Source: Pedosphaera sp. (GTDB lineage: Bacteria; Verrucomicrobiota; Verrucomicrobiia; Limisphaerales; SIBH01). Taken from it: a stretch of DNA of 27,045 nt. Positions 1 through 7,643 of the stretch are shown in pieces. The position numbers and the translations under genes are program-made. Position 1 is the first letter of the stretch, and each line of letters opens with the position of its first letter. The stretch covers positions 1-27,045 of the forward strand of contig JANOQV010000172.1 in assembly GCA_031414955.1 (NCBI GenBank). The letters run 5' to 3'. A model generated the notes under the pieces. That model was given only the letters and a program-made list of their open reading frames with translations. It was not told the DNA's origin and did no database searches.

Positions 1-2549
1 TCGCGGTGCAAATGGCACGCGCCCCGGCCGCCGAGTGAGCAATAAGGCTCAGACTCCCGCTCCAGTTGCGCGAGCCGCGACATGGAGTCGTAAAGACCGG
101 CGTCACGAGCGCGCAGGTCGGCAAAGCGACCTTCTTCCAGCAGCATCCGGCTTTGGGGATCGAGCAGAAACGCGACGAAGACCGTCCGCAGTTCCCGACT
201 GTGCGTCGCGTTGGTTTCCTGCGTGGCGACGAATCTTTCAAACGCTTCATCCGCAAGCTGACTCCGCGTCGAAATCTCGCTAGTCAATCCGAACACGCGG
301 GCGAGGATTTCCCGCAAGCTCGGCAGGCGATCGGATTTGTAAACCTCCTGGAGCTTCGGGAGATTCCAGAACTCTTGCGGCTTCTCGAATAGCAGACGAC
401 GGACGCGCTCCTCGACGGCGGGCCAGTCTTCATCGTCGTAAGCCTGGCGTAGCACGGCGTCAGCGGCGACGGCTTCACTGGCCTGTTGCGCGAAACGCAC
501 GCGATACATCTCGCGGTCAATCCGCATCCCAAAAAGACCGATCTCTTCGCGGATGACCTCTGCCATCGGGTCAGGCGAGGTATTCGTGAAATCTTCGAGA
601 CGGATGCCACCCTCACCACCACCACCGCCTTCTTCCGGCGGGCCTTTGGGCAAAGTCAGCTTTTGGTCGTAATCGAAATCCTTCTCGAAGTATTCGCAGT
701 TGGCGAAGAAGTCGAAGAGCGCGAAGCCATCTTTCTTGGCCGTGCGCTGGCTTGCGCCTTCGCCGTGCTTGAAGGTGTAGAGCCGCGTGCCGCGACCTTT
801 GATTTGGATGAAGTCGGTCGGGGAGAAAATCGGACGTGTCAGTGCCACGTTCAGCAGGTCTTCGCAATCGTAGCCGGTGGTCATCATGCCGACGGTCACG
901 CAGACGCGCGTCCGGCTGGTGTCGTAATCGCGAAACTCGTCTGCTCGCCACTTGGATTTGCCGTTGAGGTTGTTATTGGCGAAATCAATCGTCATCTGCT
1001 GCGCGCCGGGAATGTTCGACGTGACCTGCACCGCAAACGTCGAACCGGCGGCGTATTCCTTCGGCCAGCGGCGCGTCGCCTCCTCGTTGAGCAGCGTCAC
1101 CAGCTTGGTGGCGTGCTTGCGGCTGACGGCGAACATGGTCGTCTTGCCAGGTTCGCCTGTGATGGGGTCGCACTTGGCGTTTTCGAGGAAGCAGCGGACG
1201 AAGCTCAGGTTGGTTTCATCTGAGAAAAACTTCCGCTCGTAGTCGCGCTTGCCGAAGGTCACTTCGGTTTCCTGCCCGTCCTCATTGGGCGGCAGCGTCA
1301 CCGCGTAGCCCTCGTCCGAAAGCATCTGCGTGGTGATGTCCGTGCGGGCATCGAGTGCGACGGGATTGCAGAGATACGGCGGGACGTGCTGAACGGCCTT
1401 GAGCAGGCTGTAGCTAAAAGTGGGCTTGCCGTCGTCACTGCCGAACGTCTGATAAGTATCGAGCAACAACCGCCGCTCGTATTCGCGCGGATCGTTCTGC
1501 CGCGCCGCATCATCCAGGCCTTTGAGATAATCACGCGGCGTGGCGGTGAGGCCGAGCTTCGCGCCCACGAAATACTCGAAGATGGCCCGGTTGTTTCCGC
1601 TGATGGTGCGGTGCGCTTCGTCGCTGATGATGAGCTGAAAATCCGTCGGGGCGAACTCGTGCAGGAAACGGTTGCGGGCGGCGAGGCTTTGAATCGTCGT
1701 CACCACCACCTGTGCCTGCATCCAATCCCGGCGCTTCTGTTTGTAGATGACGGTCTGAATGCCGTCGTTGGCGAGGTAGGCGTTGAAATTCTTCCACGCC
1801 TGATTCTCCAGCTCCAACCGGTCCACGAGAAACAGGATGCGCGTGGCGTTCTCGGTGCGGAGATACAGCTTGGCGATGGCCGCGCTCAACAGCGTCTTGC
1901 CCGTGCCCGTCGCCATCTCAAACAGAAACCGATGCAGCGAGGGTGAAGCAGCCTTTTGCAGCGCCCGCATCGCCTCGACCTGATAATCCCGCAGCAGGCG
2001 GATTTTCTTGTTCACCATCACAGTCGCGCGATCAGCGGAGGAATACGAAAGCCATGCGGCATCTTGCGACACGGCGATGTAATTCTCATCCACCTTCACG
2101 GCGGCGAGGCGCGCGGCATCAGGCCGCCACTCCGCCGCCTGGCCCAGTTGTTCCAAGGGCAGGAAGCGCGACACCTTCACCGGATTGCCCTGCCGCAGAT
2201 TCCAGTAGTAATGCACCAGCCCGTTGCTCAGGAAAATGTGGCTGACTCCGAGGCTCTCCGCGTAGGCGCGCGCCTGCTCCTTGCCGGTGAGCGGGTCAAT
2301 GCCTTCGCGCTTGGCCTCCGTGACCGCTACCGGGCGCTGGTCGGTATTCAGGTGGACGTAATCCACGAAGCCGTTCGGCGCGTGCTCAAAATCCTTGCCC
2401 AAATCCTGACTGGGGGAAAAGGCCCGCCGCGTGACGCGATGCTCGCAGATGATGTTTTCGCGCCGCCCCTGCGCATCCGGAAGAAACCGCCAGCCCGCCT
2501 CCTCCAGCATCTTGTTGATCGTGATGCGCGCTTGGGCTTCGGAAGGCAT
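1..2549 (-). CDS. hsdR: Type I restriction enzyme R subunit, partial (no stop codon within the window)
   Basis: Hand-translated from ATG 2549 (MPSEAQARITINKMLEEAGWR). It has the nuclease motif FVDY...VTEAKR, Walker A MATGTGKTL, ISDEAHR and motif VI IQIKGRGTR. The ORF track misses it because the frame runs off the edge. Confidence 0.93.
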   Translation of the reverse strand, partial: MPSEAQARITINKMLEEAGWRFLPDAQGRRENIICEHRVTRRAFSPSQDLGKDFEHAPNGFVDYVHLNTDQRPVAVTEAKREGIDPLTGKEQARAYAESLGVSHIFLSNGLVHYYWNLRQGNPVKVSRFLPLEQLGQAAEWRPDAARLAAVKVDENYIAVSQDAAWLSYSSADRATVMVNKKIRLLRDYQVEAMRALQKAASPSLHRFLFEMATGTGKTLLSAAIAKLYLRTENATRILFLVDRLELENQAWKNFNAYLANDGIQTVIYKQKRRDWMQAQVVVTTIQSLAARNRFLHEFAPTDFQLIISDEAHRTISGNNRAIFEYFVGAKLGLTATPRDYLKGLDDAARQNDPREYERRLLLDTYQTFGSDDGKPTFSYSLLKAVQHVPPYLCNPVALDARTDITTQMLSDEGYAVTLPPNEDGQETEVTFGKRDYERKFFSDETNLSFVRCFLENAKCDPITGEPGKTTMFAVSRKHATKLVTLLNEEATRRWPKEYAAGSTFAVQVTSNIPGAQQMTIDFANNNLNGKSKWRADEFRDYDTSRTRVCVTVGMMTTGYDCEDLLNVALTRPIFSPTDFIQIKGRGTRLYTFKHGEGASQRTAKKDGFALFDFFANCEYFEKDFDYDQKLTLPKGPPEEGGGGGEGGIRLEDFTNTSPDPMAEVIREEIGLFGMRIDREMYRVRFAQQASEAVAADAVLRQAYDDEDWPAVEERVRRLLFEKPQEFWNLPKLQEVYKSDRLPSLREILARVFGLTSEISTRSQLADEAFERFVATQETNATHSRELRTVFVAFLLDPQSRMLLEEGRFADLRARDAGLYDSMSRLAQLERESEPYCSLGGRGACHLHR

Positions 2550-2561
2550 GGTGTGGGGAAA

Positions 2562-3071
2562 TTACGACTGCGTGCTGTCTCCGTCAGTCAAACCTTCAGT
2601 GAAATCACGCTGGCCGCCGTTGAAAAATGCGCGGTCGAAACCGTCCGCCAGCTTGATGGCTTTGAACGCCACCTTTCCTGCTGTTTTGAATGTCTCGCAG
2701 TAGCGGTAAAAGGATTCCGAGTCATCCGTGATGACATACTCCGCATCAATGCGTGCGGCTTGCGCGATGATTTTGATGTCATCCTTCAAGGCATCGCGCT
2801 CCACACCGGGCGGACGCAATGGTTTCCAATCCAGCGCGGCGACGCGCAGGGCGTCATCCCAATTGAACGGCAGCACCACGCAGCAACGAAGGATTTGCGG
2901 GTCAATCTCCTGCTTCACGCAAAATTCCGAAACCACGATGGTCGAGAGATACATCGGGATTTGGTTCTCGGTGAAATGCCGCCAGTAACGGCGGGCCGCC
3001 TCATGATGCGCCCGGTGGCTGCCCGCCAGCGTGATCAGAAAACTCGTGTCCAGCAAAACTCCGGCCGCCAT
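2562..3071 (-). CDS. PIN-domain (VapC-like) ribonuclease, 169 aa
   Basis: The acidic PIN pattern is present: LLDTSFL, STIVVSEF, ALKDDIKIIAQA, YVITDD. It ends 12 nt before the hsdR start. Confidence 0.85.
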   Translation of the reverse strand: MAAGVLLDTSFLITLAGSHRAHHEAARRYWRHFTENQIPMYLSTIVVSEFCVKQEIDPQILRCCVVLPFNWDDALRVAALDWKPLRPPGVERDALKDDIKIIAQAARIDAEYVITDDSESFYRYCETFKTAGKVAFKAIKLADGFDRAFFNGGQRDFTEGLTDGDSTQS

Positions 3072-3074
3072 GCG

Positions 3075-3851
3075 TCAGTCTCCCCTCGCTTCCCTGACCC
3101 ACTTGGCCGCGTCCGGCACGTCCGCCCAAGCTTTCGCGCCCTTGGCGGCAAACCGGTCCAGCGCCGCCTCGTCATAACCCGGTTGATAATCCATGAAGGA
3201 AATCAAATGGACGTTCCGCAACTCGCCCGTCTTGTAATGCTGCTCGGCGCGAACGTGCAGCAGCGCCTTGTGATAAAGCCGGTTTTCCAATTGATCACGC
3301 AGGTAGCCTTGGGCCGCACCCACCAGCAGCGTCCGGCCTCCACGATCCAGCTTGAGGTGGATGTTGGCCTTTTGCACGCCGCCCATGTCGGTGATCTCGC
3401 CGAAGAGGTATTTCTCCACCGCTACCCACGGGATGATTTCGCCGACGCGGTAATCCGTCTCACGGCTGATGCGCACTTTGGCAATTCCCTCGCCTCCAGG
3501 CCGGACCTCGTAATTCAACTCCGGATTGCTTTTCGCCCGCGCCTGCCACTTCTGCACCACTTCCGCCCGCTTGATGTCCAGTTCGCCCAGCACATCCTGC
3601 CGGGACATCAGCTTCAAATCCGGTTCCAGGCTGGACAGCACCAAAGCCGGCAGCAAGGCGCGCAGCACGTAGGAACTCTTCGCAATCTCGACGTGGACTT
3701 GATCCAGTTTCAGCTTTTGGCTCCCGCCGATGAAGGTCTCGACCTGCTGGTTGAACTCATTGAACTGCGAGAGGCCGATGGTGCGCGGGGTAATCTCCTG
3801 CCCCTCCACCTTGCCGTGAAGCACAAACTCAATGGCGGTGTTTTCGTTCAT
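3075..3851 (-). CDS. Uncharacterised 258-aa protein coupled to the PIN gene (candidate antitoxin/sensor)
   Basis: Clean ORF starting MNENTAIEF. ATG 3851 is preferred over TTG 3899 because of the duplicated start context at 4036-4045. Its stop lies 3 nt before the PIN ATG. Confidence 0.85.
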   Translation of the reverse strand: MNENTAIEFVLHGKVEGQEITPRTIGLSQFNEFNQQVETFIGGSQKLKLDQVHVEIAKSSYVLRALLPALVLSSLEPDLKLMSRQDVLGELDIKRAEVVQKWQARAKSNPELNYEVRPGGEGIAKVRISRETDYRVGEIIPWVAVEKYLFGEITDMGGVQKANIHLKLDRGGRTLLVGAAQGYLRDQLENRLYHKALLHVRAEQHYKTGELRNVHLISFMDYQPGYDEAALDRFAAKGAKAWADVPDAAKWVREARGD

Positions 3852-3923
3852 GGCCTGCTTGATGGCGGCAACATACGCTATGCCCAAGCGCTTGGGCAAG
3901 CGTAGCGCAGTCCGGTTGGGATG

Positions 3924-4030
3924 GGAGCGCGGGCTTCAGCCCGCTTCAACTTCCGCCACGCCCGCCGCGCAGGGATTATTCCGATGCTTGCTCTCGTTCG
4001 GACGGTGAAGCGGCCTGAAGGCCGCGCTCC
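3924..4030. repeat. REP doublet (REPIN-like), GGAG-type family B
   Basis: GGAGCGCGGGCTTCAGCCCGCTTCA (3924-3948) and TGAAGCGGCCTGAAGGCCGCGCTCC (4006-4030) are 25-nt inverted repeats, each with its own internal hairpin. Confidence 0.85.
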
Positions 4031-4038
4031 GAGGGCGT

Positions 4039-4203
4039 TCATGGCGTGGCCTCCGGGGTGTTGCCCCAGACGCGGTCGAGGACGCGTTGGATTTTGGCCT
4101 CGAAACGGGGGAGCAGCGCACGCACCGAATCCATCTGCGCCGCCTCCGCGTCCAGCTCCGCCACGAGACGACGTTGCTCCGTCAGAGGCGGCAGGGGGAT
4201 TTC
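4039..4203 (-). pseudogene. hsdS: Orphan C-terminal conserved region of HsdS
   Basis: Reads EIPLPPLTEQRRLVAELDAE...RFEAKIQRVLDRVWG...stop. No TRD or credible start precedes it, and it abuts the REP unit at 4221. Confidence 0.85.
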
Positions 4204-4220
4204 GCACGCGCCGCGCCGGT

Positions 4221-4310
4221 AGGGCCAAAGGCCCGCCGCCATCCCAGCCTGGGCCAACGGCCCAGGTCTCGTGGAAAACAAAATCATCAGGGCTGAAAGC
4301 CCGTCCCATC
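4221..4310 (+). repeat. Three-hairpin REP unit 1 (family A)
   Basis: AGGGCCAAAGGCCCG..ATCCCAGCCTGGGCCAACGGCCCAGG..AGGGCTGAAAGCCCG..CCATC. Confidence 0.9.
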
Positions 4311-4312
4311 GT

Positions 4313-4765
4313 TCAATCCCACACATAAGCTTCGTCGTATTCCACGCCGTATTTTTTCAGGAACATCCGAAATTCATCCTGGAACGTCCGCGTTTTGTGA
4401 TGCTCCTCTTGGCCGTCAATGTAGGCGCGCAGGGAATCCAAATCCGCCGGGCCGACGGAAAAACATCCGTAGCCACGTTGCCACGAGAAGTCGGCGAGGC
4501 CCGGGGATTGCGTCTTCACCCATTTCGACGAGGACGTTTTCAACGTCTCCACCAAATCCGCGATGGTGATGGTGCGCGACAATCGGATGGCAAGGTGAAC
4601 ATGGTCCGCCACGCCGCCGACGCGATACGCCTCGCATCCCGCGTTGCGCGCCACGGTGGCGAGATACGCGTGGAGTTTCGGGCGCGTGTCCGGGTCGAGG
4701 AATGGGCGGCGTTCCTTCGTGCTGAAGATGACGTGGACGATGACGAGGCTCAATGATTGTGGCAT
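4313..4765 (-). CDS. tnpA: IS200/IS605-family HUH (Y1) transposase, REP-associated, 150 aa
   Basis: Motifs HVIFSTKER, HUH (DHVHL), WQRGY and catalytic YxxxQ (YIDGQEEHH). No tnpB is adjacent. Confidence 0.93.
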   Translation of the reverse strand: MPQSLSLVIVHVIFSTKERRPFLDPDTRPKLHAYLATVARNAGCEAYRVGGVADHVHLAIRLSRTITIADLVETLKTSSSKWVKTQSPGLADFSWQRGYGCFSVGPADLDSLRAYIDGQEEHHKTRTFQDEFRMFLKKYGVEYDEAYVWD

Positions 4766-4779
4766 GGCGATGTTCGGTT

Positions 4780-5009
4780 AGGGCCAACGGCCCGATTGAT
4801 TCCAGCCTGGGGCAACGCCCCAGGAAATCGGCAAACAAATTTGTCCCCAGCGCCAACGGCGCGGTTCACCGGGCCGGACGAATGATTGCGGTTGCGGTTT
4901 TGTTGGCATGTTCGCGGTTTGATGGGTCGGGCTTTCAGCCCTCATATTGTTTTCGGCCTTTGACCTGGGGCGTTGCCCCAGGCTGGGATGGCGATGCGCC
5001 GTTGGCGCT
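4780..5009. repeat. Inverted doublet of family A REP units 2 (+) and 3 (-)
   Basis: Core CCAGCCTGGGGCAACGCCCCAGG at 4802-4824 and its reverse complement at 4964-4986, each with flanking small hairpins. Confidence 0.9.
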
Positions 5010-7223
5010 TTCGGAGTCGCCGTTCCAGACGGCGTCAATCGTCGTCTGGATGCGTTCGCGGTCGGCGGCGATTTCGGATTCCAAGCGGGCAATCTCGTTC
5101 TGGTAGCCCTCGATTTCCGCCACGATGCGCCGCTGTTCCTCCAGCGGTGGCAGCGGGATTTCGAGTTGTTTGAGTGCGTTCGCATTGAATTGTGGCTGTC
5201 CGCCGCCAGAAACCAATTGGTCACGCTGCTGCCAATACTGTTTCGACTGCGCGAAGCACCAGTAGAACTCCGGCAGCACCTTTTCCGGGTCGAAGCGAAT
5301 CCGAATGAGATATGAAGCGAAGACTGCTGGCTCATCAGAGTCGAAAAGAAGCGTCTTACCCGCCGTCGCGCCAATTCGGGCAACGAGGATGTCGCCTTTG
5401 CACGCCAGACAAGCCTTCGCTTCCTTGTCGAGTTTGATGAATTTTGCATCGCCGGGGCGAAGCCGACCGAACTCGTTGATGTCCGTGATGCGAACGTAAC
5501 GAATGTCTCCTTCGTCGGCTGCGGTCGCCGTGTGTCCGTATTCAAATGTGGCGACATCACCCAAGGAAACCGTTTCGACTTCTGTGGATGTTGAACCGTT
5601 TCCGAGAAACGCCTCGGCTTGCAGGCTGACGGAGGGCATTTCGAGCAGCGCCTTTTTCTCCACACGCTTCCACACCACGCCAGCGCCAACGGCGCTGCCC
5701 ATCCCAGCCTGGGGCAACGCCCCAGGTGCGTCGTTCAAAAACATTTCCGAGGGCTGAAGGCCCGATCCATCGGCGGCGGATTGTTTGTCGCGGTGGGATG
5801 GGGCGGGCCGTTGGCCCTTCAATTGGTTTTGGGGATTCGTTTCCTGGGGCGTTGCCCCAGGCTGGGATAATGCCGCGCCTTTGGCGCTCAACGTCGGGCC
5901 GTTGGCCCTGCAATCCGCGCCGCCATTCGTCATTCGGAATTCGCCATTCGTCATTTGGAATTCGCCATTCGTCATTTGCTTGAGCCACGCCTTCACCACG
6001 CGCTCCGCTTCCGGCAGGTCGTTCGCCTCGATGGGATTTCGTTTGTCGCCGAGGTCGAAGCCGTCGGCGGTGATTTTGAGTAAGAGGATTTCCTTGGTCT
6101 GCCGCGCGAGTTTTTTGTCGAGCAGGAGGATGCTGGTCTTCACGCCGGAGTAGGGCTTGAACACGCCCGCCGGGAGCGAGACGACGGCCACGAGCGAGTC
6201 CTCGACGAGGAAGCGGCGCAGTTTCACGTAGGCGTTCTGCGTGGTGGCCACGATGCCGTTGGGCACGATGACGCCGCCGCGCCCGTCGCCGCTTAGGTGC
6301 TCGGCGATGTAGTCGGTGAAGAGCACCTCGGCCTTCTTCGCGGCGATGCGGAATTTGGTGTGCGGGGTGACGCCGCCTTTCGGGGTCATGAACGGCGGGT
6401 TGGCGAGGATGAGGTCGGCCTTCTCGTGCCAGCGGGCGTCGTTGCTCAGGGTGTCGTAGATATGGATGGCGGGGTCGGGAAAGCCGTGGAGGAAGAGGTT
6501 CACCTTGCTCAGCTTCACCATCTGATCGTCCACGTCGTAGCCGGCGAGGTTGCCATAGACCTTCTGGCGCTGGGCGTGGGTGAGTTTGTCGCCGGGCATG
6601 GTCGAGCCGGGCGAGGTGCTGTGCGCGAGGATGTGCCGGTAGGCGGAGACGAGGAAGCCGCCCGTGCCGCACGCGGGGTCGAGGATTTTGTCGCCCGGCT
6701 GCGGGTCGAGGCAAGCGACGATGAAATCAATGATGTGGCGCGGGGTGCGGAACTGGCCGTTCTCGCCCTGCGCGCCGGTGCATTGCAGGAGGTATTCAAA
6801 GGCGTTGCCGAGTTCCTCGCTGTGCGAGTAGGCGAAGCCGTTCACCTCGGTGAGGAACATGGTGAGGATGCGGCCGTCGCGGAATTTCAGGAAGGCGTTG
6901 CGGAAGATGTCGCGGAACAGGCCCGGCAGGTGCGCGGCTTTCTTCGCGTGACCGAGGGCTTCGACGCCCTCGGAAAAGAGCGTGACGCGTTCGTCGGCGG
7001 AGACGGTCTGCGGGAGGAGATTGCGCCAGCGGTATCTCGCCAACTCGCCGGTGAAGAAGCTGCGTTTGCCGCCGAGCTTCACGGATTCCTCATCAAGGTC
7101 GTCCATGAATTTGTAGATCAGCGCGAGGGTGATGAGTTCGACCTGATTGGACGGCTGCGGGAGTTTGCCGACGAGGACGTCGCGGCAGTTATCAATGCGG
7201 CGTTTGGTTTCGGAGTTGAGCAT
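4935..7223 (-). CDS. hsdM: Fused type I HsdM (N6-adenine MTase)-HsdS with a single TRD, 762 aa, carrying an in-frame repeat-derived insert
   Basis: Motifs GQFRTPRHI, ILDPACGTGGFL and LANPPF, then a TRD (YVRITDI..GDILVARIG..FASYLIRIR) and EIPLPPLEEQRRIVAEIEGYQ. The stop codon lies within REP unit 3. Confidence 0.92.
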   Translation of the reverse strand: MLNSETKRRIDNCRDVLVGKLPQPSNQVELITLALIYKFMDDLDEESVKLGGKRSFFTGELARYRWRNLLPQTVSADERVTLFSEGVEALGHAKKAAHLPGLFRDIFRNAFLKFRDGRILTMFLTEVNGFAYSHSEELGNAFEYLLQCTGAQGENGQFRTPRHIIDFIVACLDPQPGDKILDPACGTGGFLVSAYRHILAHSTSPGSTMPGDKLTHAQRQKVYGNLAGYDVDDQMVKLSKVNLFLHGFPDPAIHIYDTLSNDARWHEKADLILANPPFMTPKGGVTPHTKFRIAAKKAEVLFTDYIAEHLSGDGRGGVIVPNGIVATTQNAYVKLRRFLVEDSLVAVVSLPAGVFKPYSGVKTSILLLDKKLARQTKEILLLKITADGFDLGDKRNPIEANDLPEAERVVKAWLKQMTNGEFQMTNGEFRMTNGGADCRANGPTLSAKGAALSQPGATPQETNPQNQLKGQRPAPSHRDKQSAADGSGLQPSEMFLNDAPGALPQAGMGSAVGAGVVWKRVEKKALLEMPSVSLQAEAFLGNGSTSTEVETVSLGDVATFEYGHTATAADEGDIRYVRITDINEFGRLRPGDAKFIKLDKEAKACLACKGDILVARIGATAGKTLLFDSDEPAVFASYLIRIRFDPEKVLPEFYWCFAQSKQYWQQRDQLVSGGGQPQFNANALKQLEIPLPPLEEQRRIVAEIEGYQNEIARLESEIAADRERIQTTIDAVWNGDSESANGASPSQPGATPQVKGRKQYEG
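5682..5909. repeat. Inverted doublet of family A REP units 4 (+) and 5 (-), plus one extra hairpin, in frame within hsdM-S
   Basis: ATCCCAGCCTGGGGCAACGCCCCAGG at 5701-5726 and its reverse complement at 5843-5868. Confidence 0.9.
5921..5976. repeat. Heptamer tandem repeat (8 x 7 nt, 21-nt superperiod) within hsdM-S
   Basis: cgccatt cgtcatt cggaatt cgccatt cgtcatt tggaatt cgccatt cgtcatt; it encodes MTNGEFQ MTNGEFR MTNG. Confidence 0.9.
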
Positions 7224-7376
7224 TAGAGATTGGTGGCTGGTTTCTACTCCATCAGCTTTCGATGAGGCGGCGGTGGTCTTTTTGGGATGGAGCGAACCAG
7301 ATCATCGGGGTGATGATGATGGAAGGTGCGCCGGGTGGCGAGCGGCTTTTGTCTGGCTCACGCTGCCGGGGCGCGC

Positions 7377-7583
7377 TCAAGGTTGCGCCACGAGAATGAA
7401 TCCCGTCGCCAGGTCGCCCAGCAGTTGTGTGCGCCGACCGCGGTGCAGCCAGTGCCAGTAGCCGATGAGCGCGCAAAAGAACGCGTCGGTTTGGTCCTCA
7501 ATGTTTTTCGTCCACGGCGTGCCCAGCAGGCGGGAGAGTTCAGCGCTCACTTCCAGCGCGGGAAAATGGGCGGTCAGGCATTC
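7377..7583 (-). pseudogene. 3' fragment of a DUF429-like (predicted RNase H-fold nuclease) gene
   Basis: Hand translation gives ...KNIEDQTDAFFCALIGYWHWLHRGRRTQLLGDLATGFILVAQP*, which resembles DUF429 C-termini. There is no plausible start between the in-frame stop at 7644 and the fragment. Confidence 0.6.
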
Positions 7584-7643
7584 ATGGCGATGAACGCTCG
7601 CGCACCATCGAGGTGTTCCTCGGGAAACGCCAGCAATCCGGAC

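Larger units (their letters stand above)
4221..5009 (-). mobile_element. IS200/RAYT-type tnpA cassette with three REP units, inside the hsdS region
   Basis: tnpA is flanked by REP units at 4221-4310 (+), 4780-4869 (+) and 4921-5009 (-). Confidence 0.8.

Noticed and set aside
1956..3905. 649-aa plus-strand ORF, also 66..392, 486..1223 and 1386..1946
   Set aside because: Antisense shadows of hsdR, PIN and the 258-aa gene in GC-rich DNA, with no motifs.
4778..5689. 303-aa alternative-frame ORF as a separate hsdS
   Set aside because: The TRD motifs are in the 4935..7223 frame.
4221..5909. REP units as a CRISPR array
   Set aside because: Mixed orientations, irregular spacing and no cas genes.
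5682..5976. Insert as an intein or intron
   Set aside because: No intein C-terminal HN-C/S/T motif or intron core, and the insert is fully explained by repeats.
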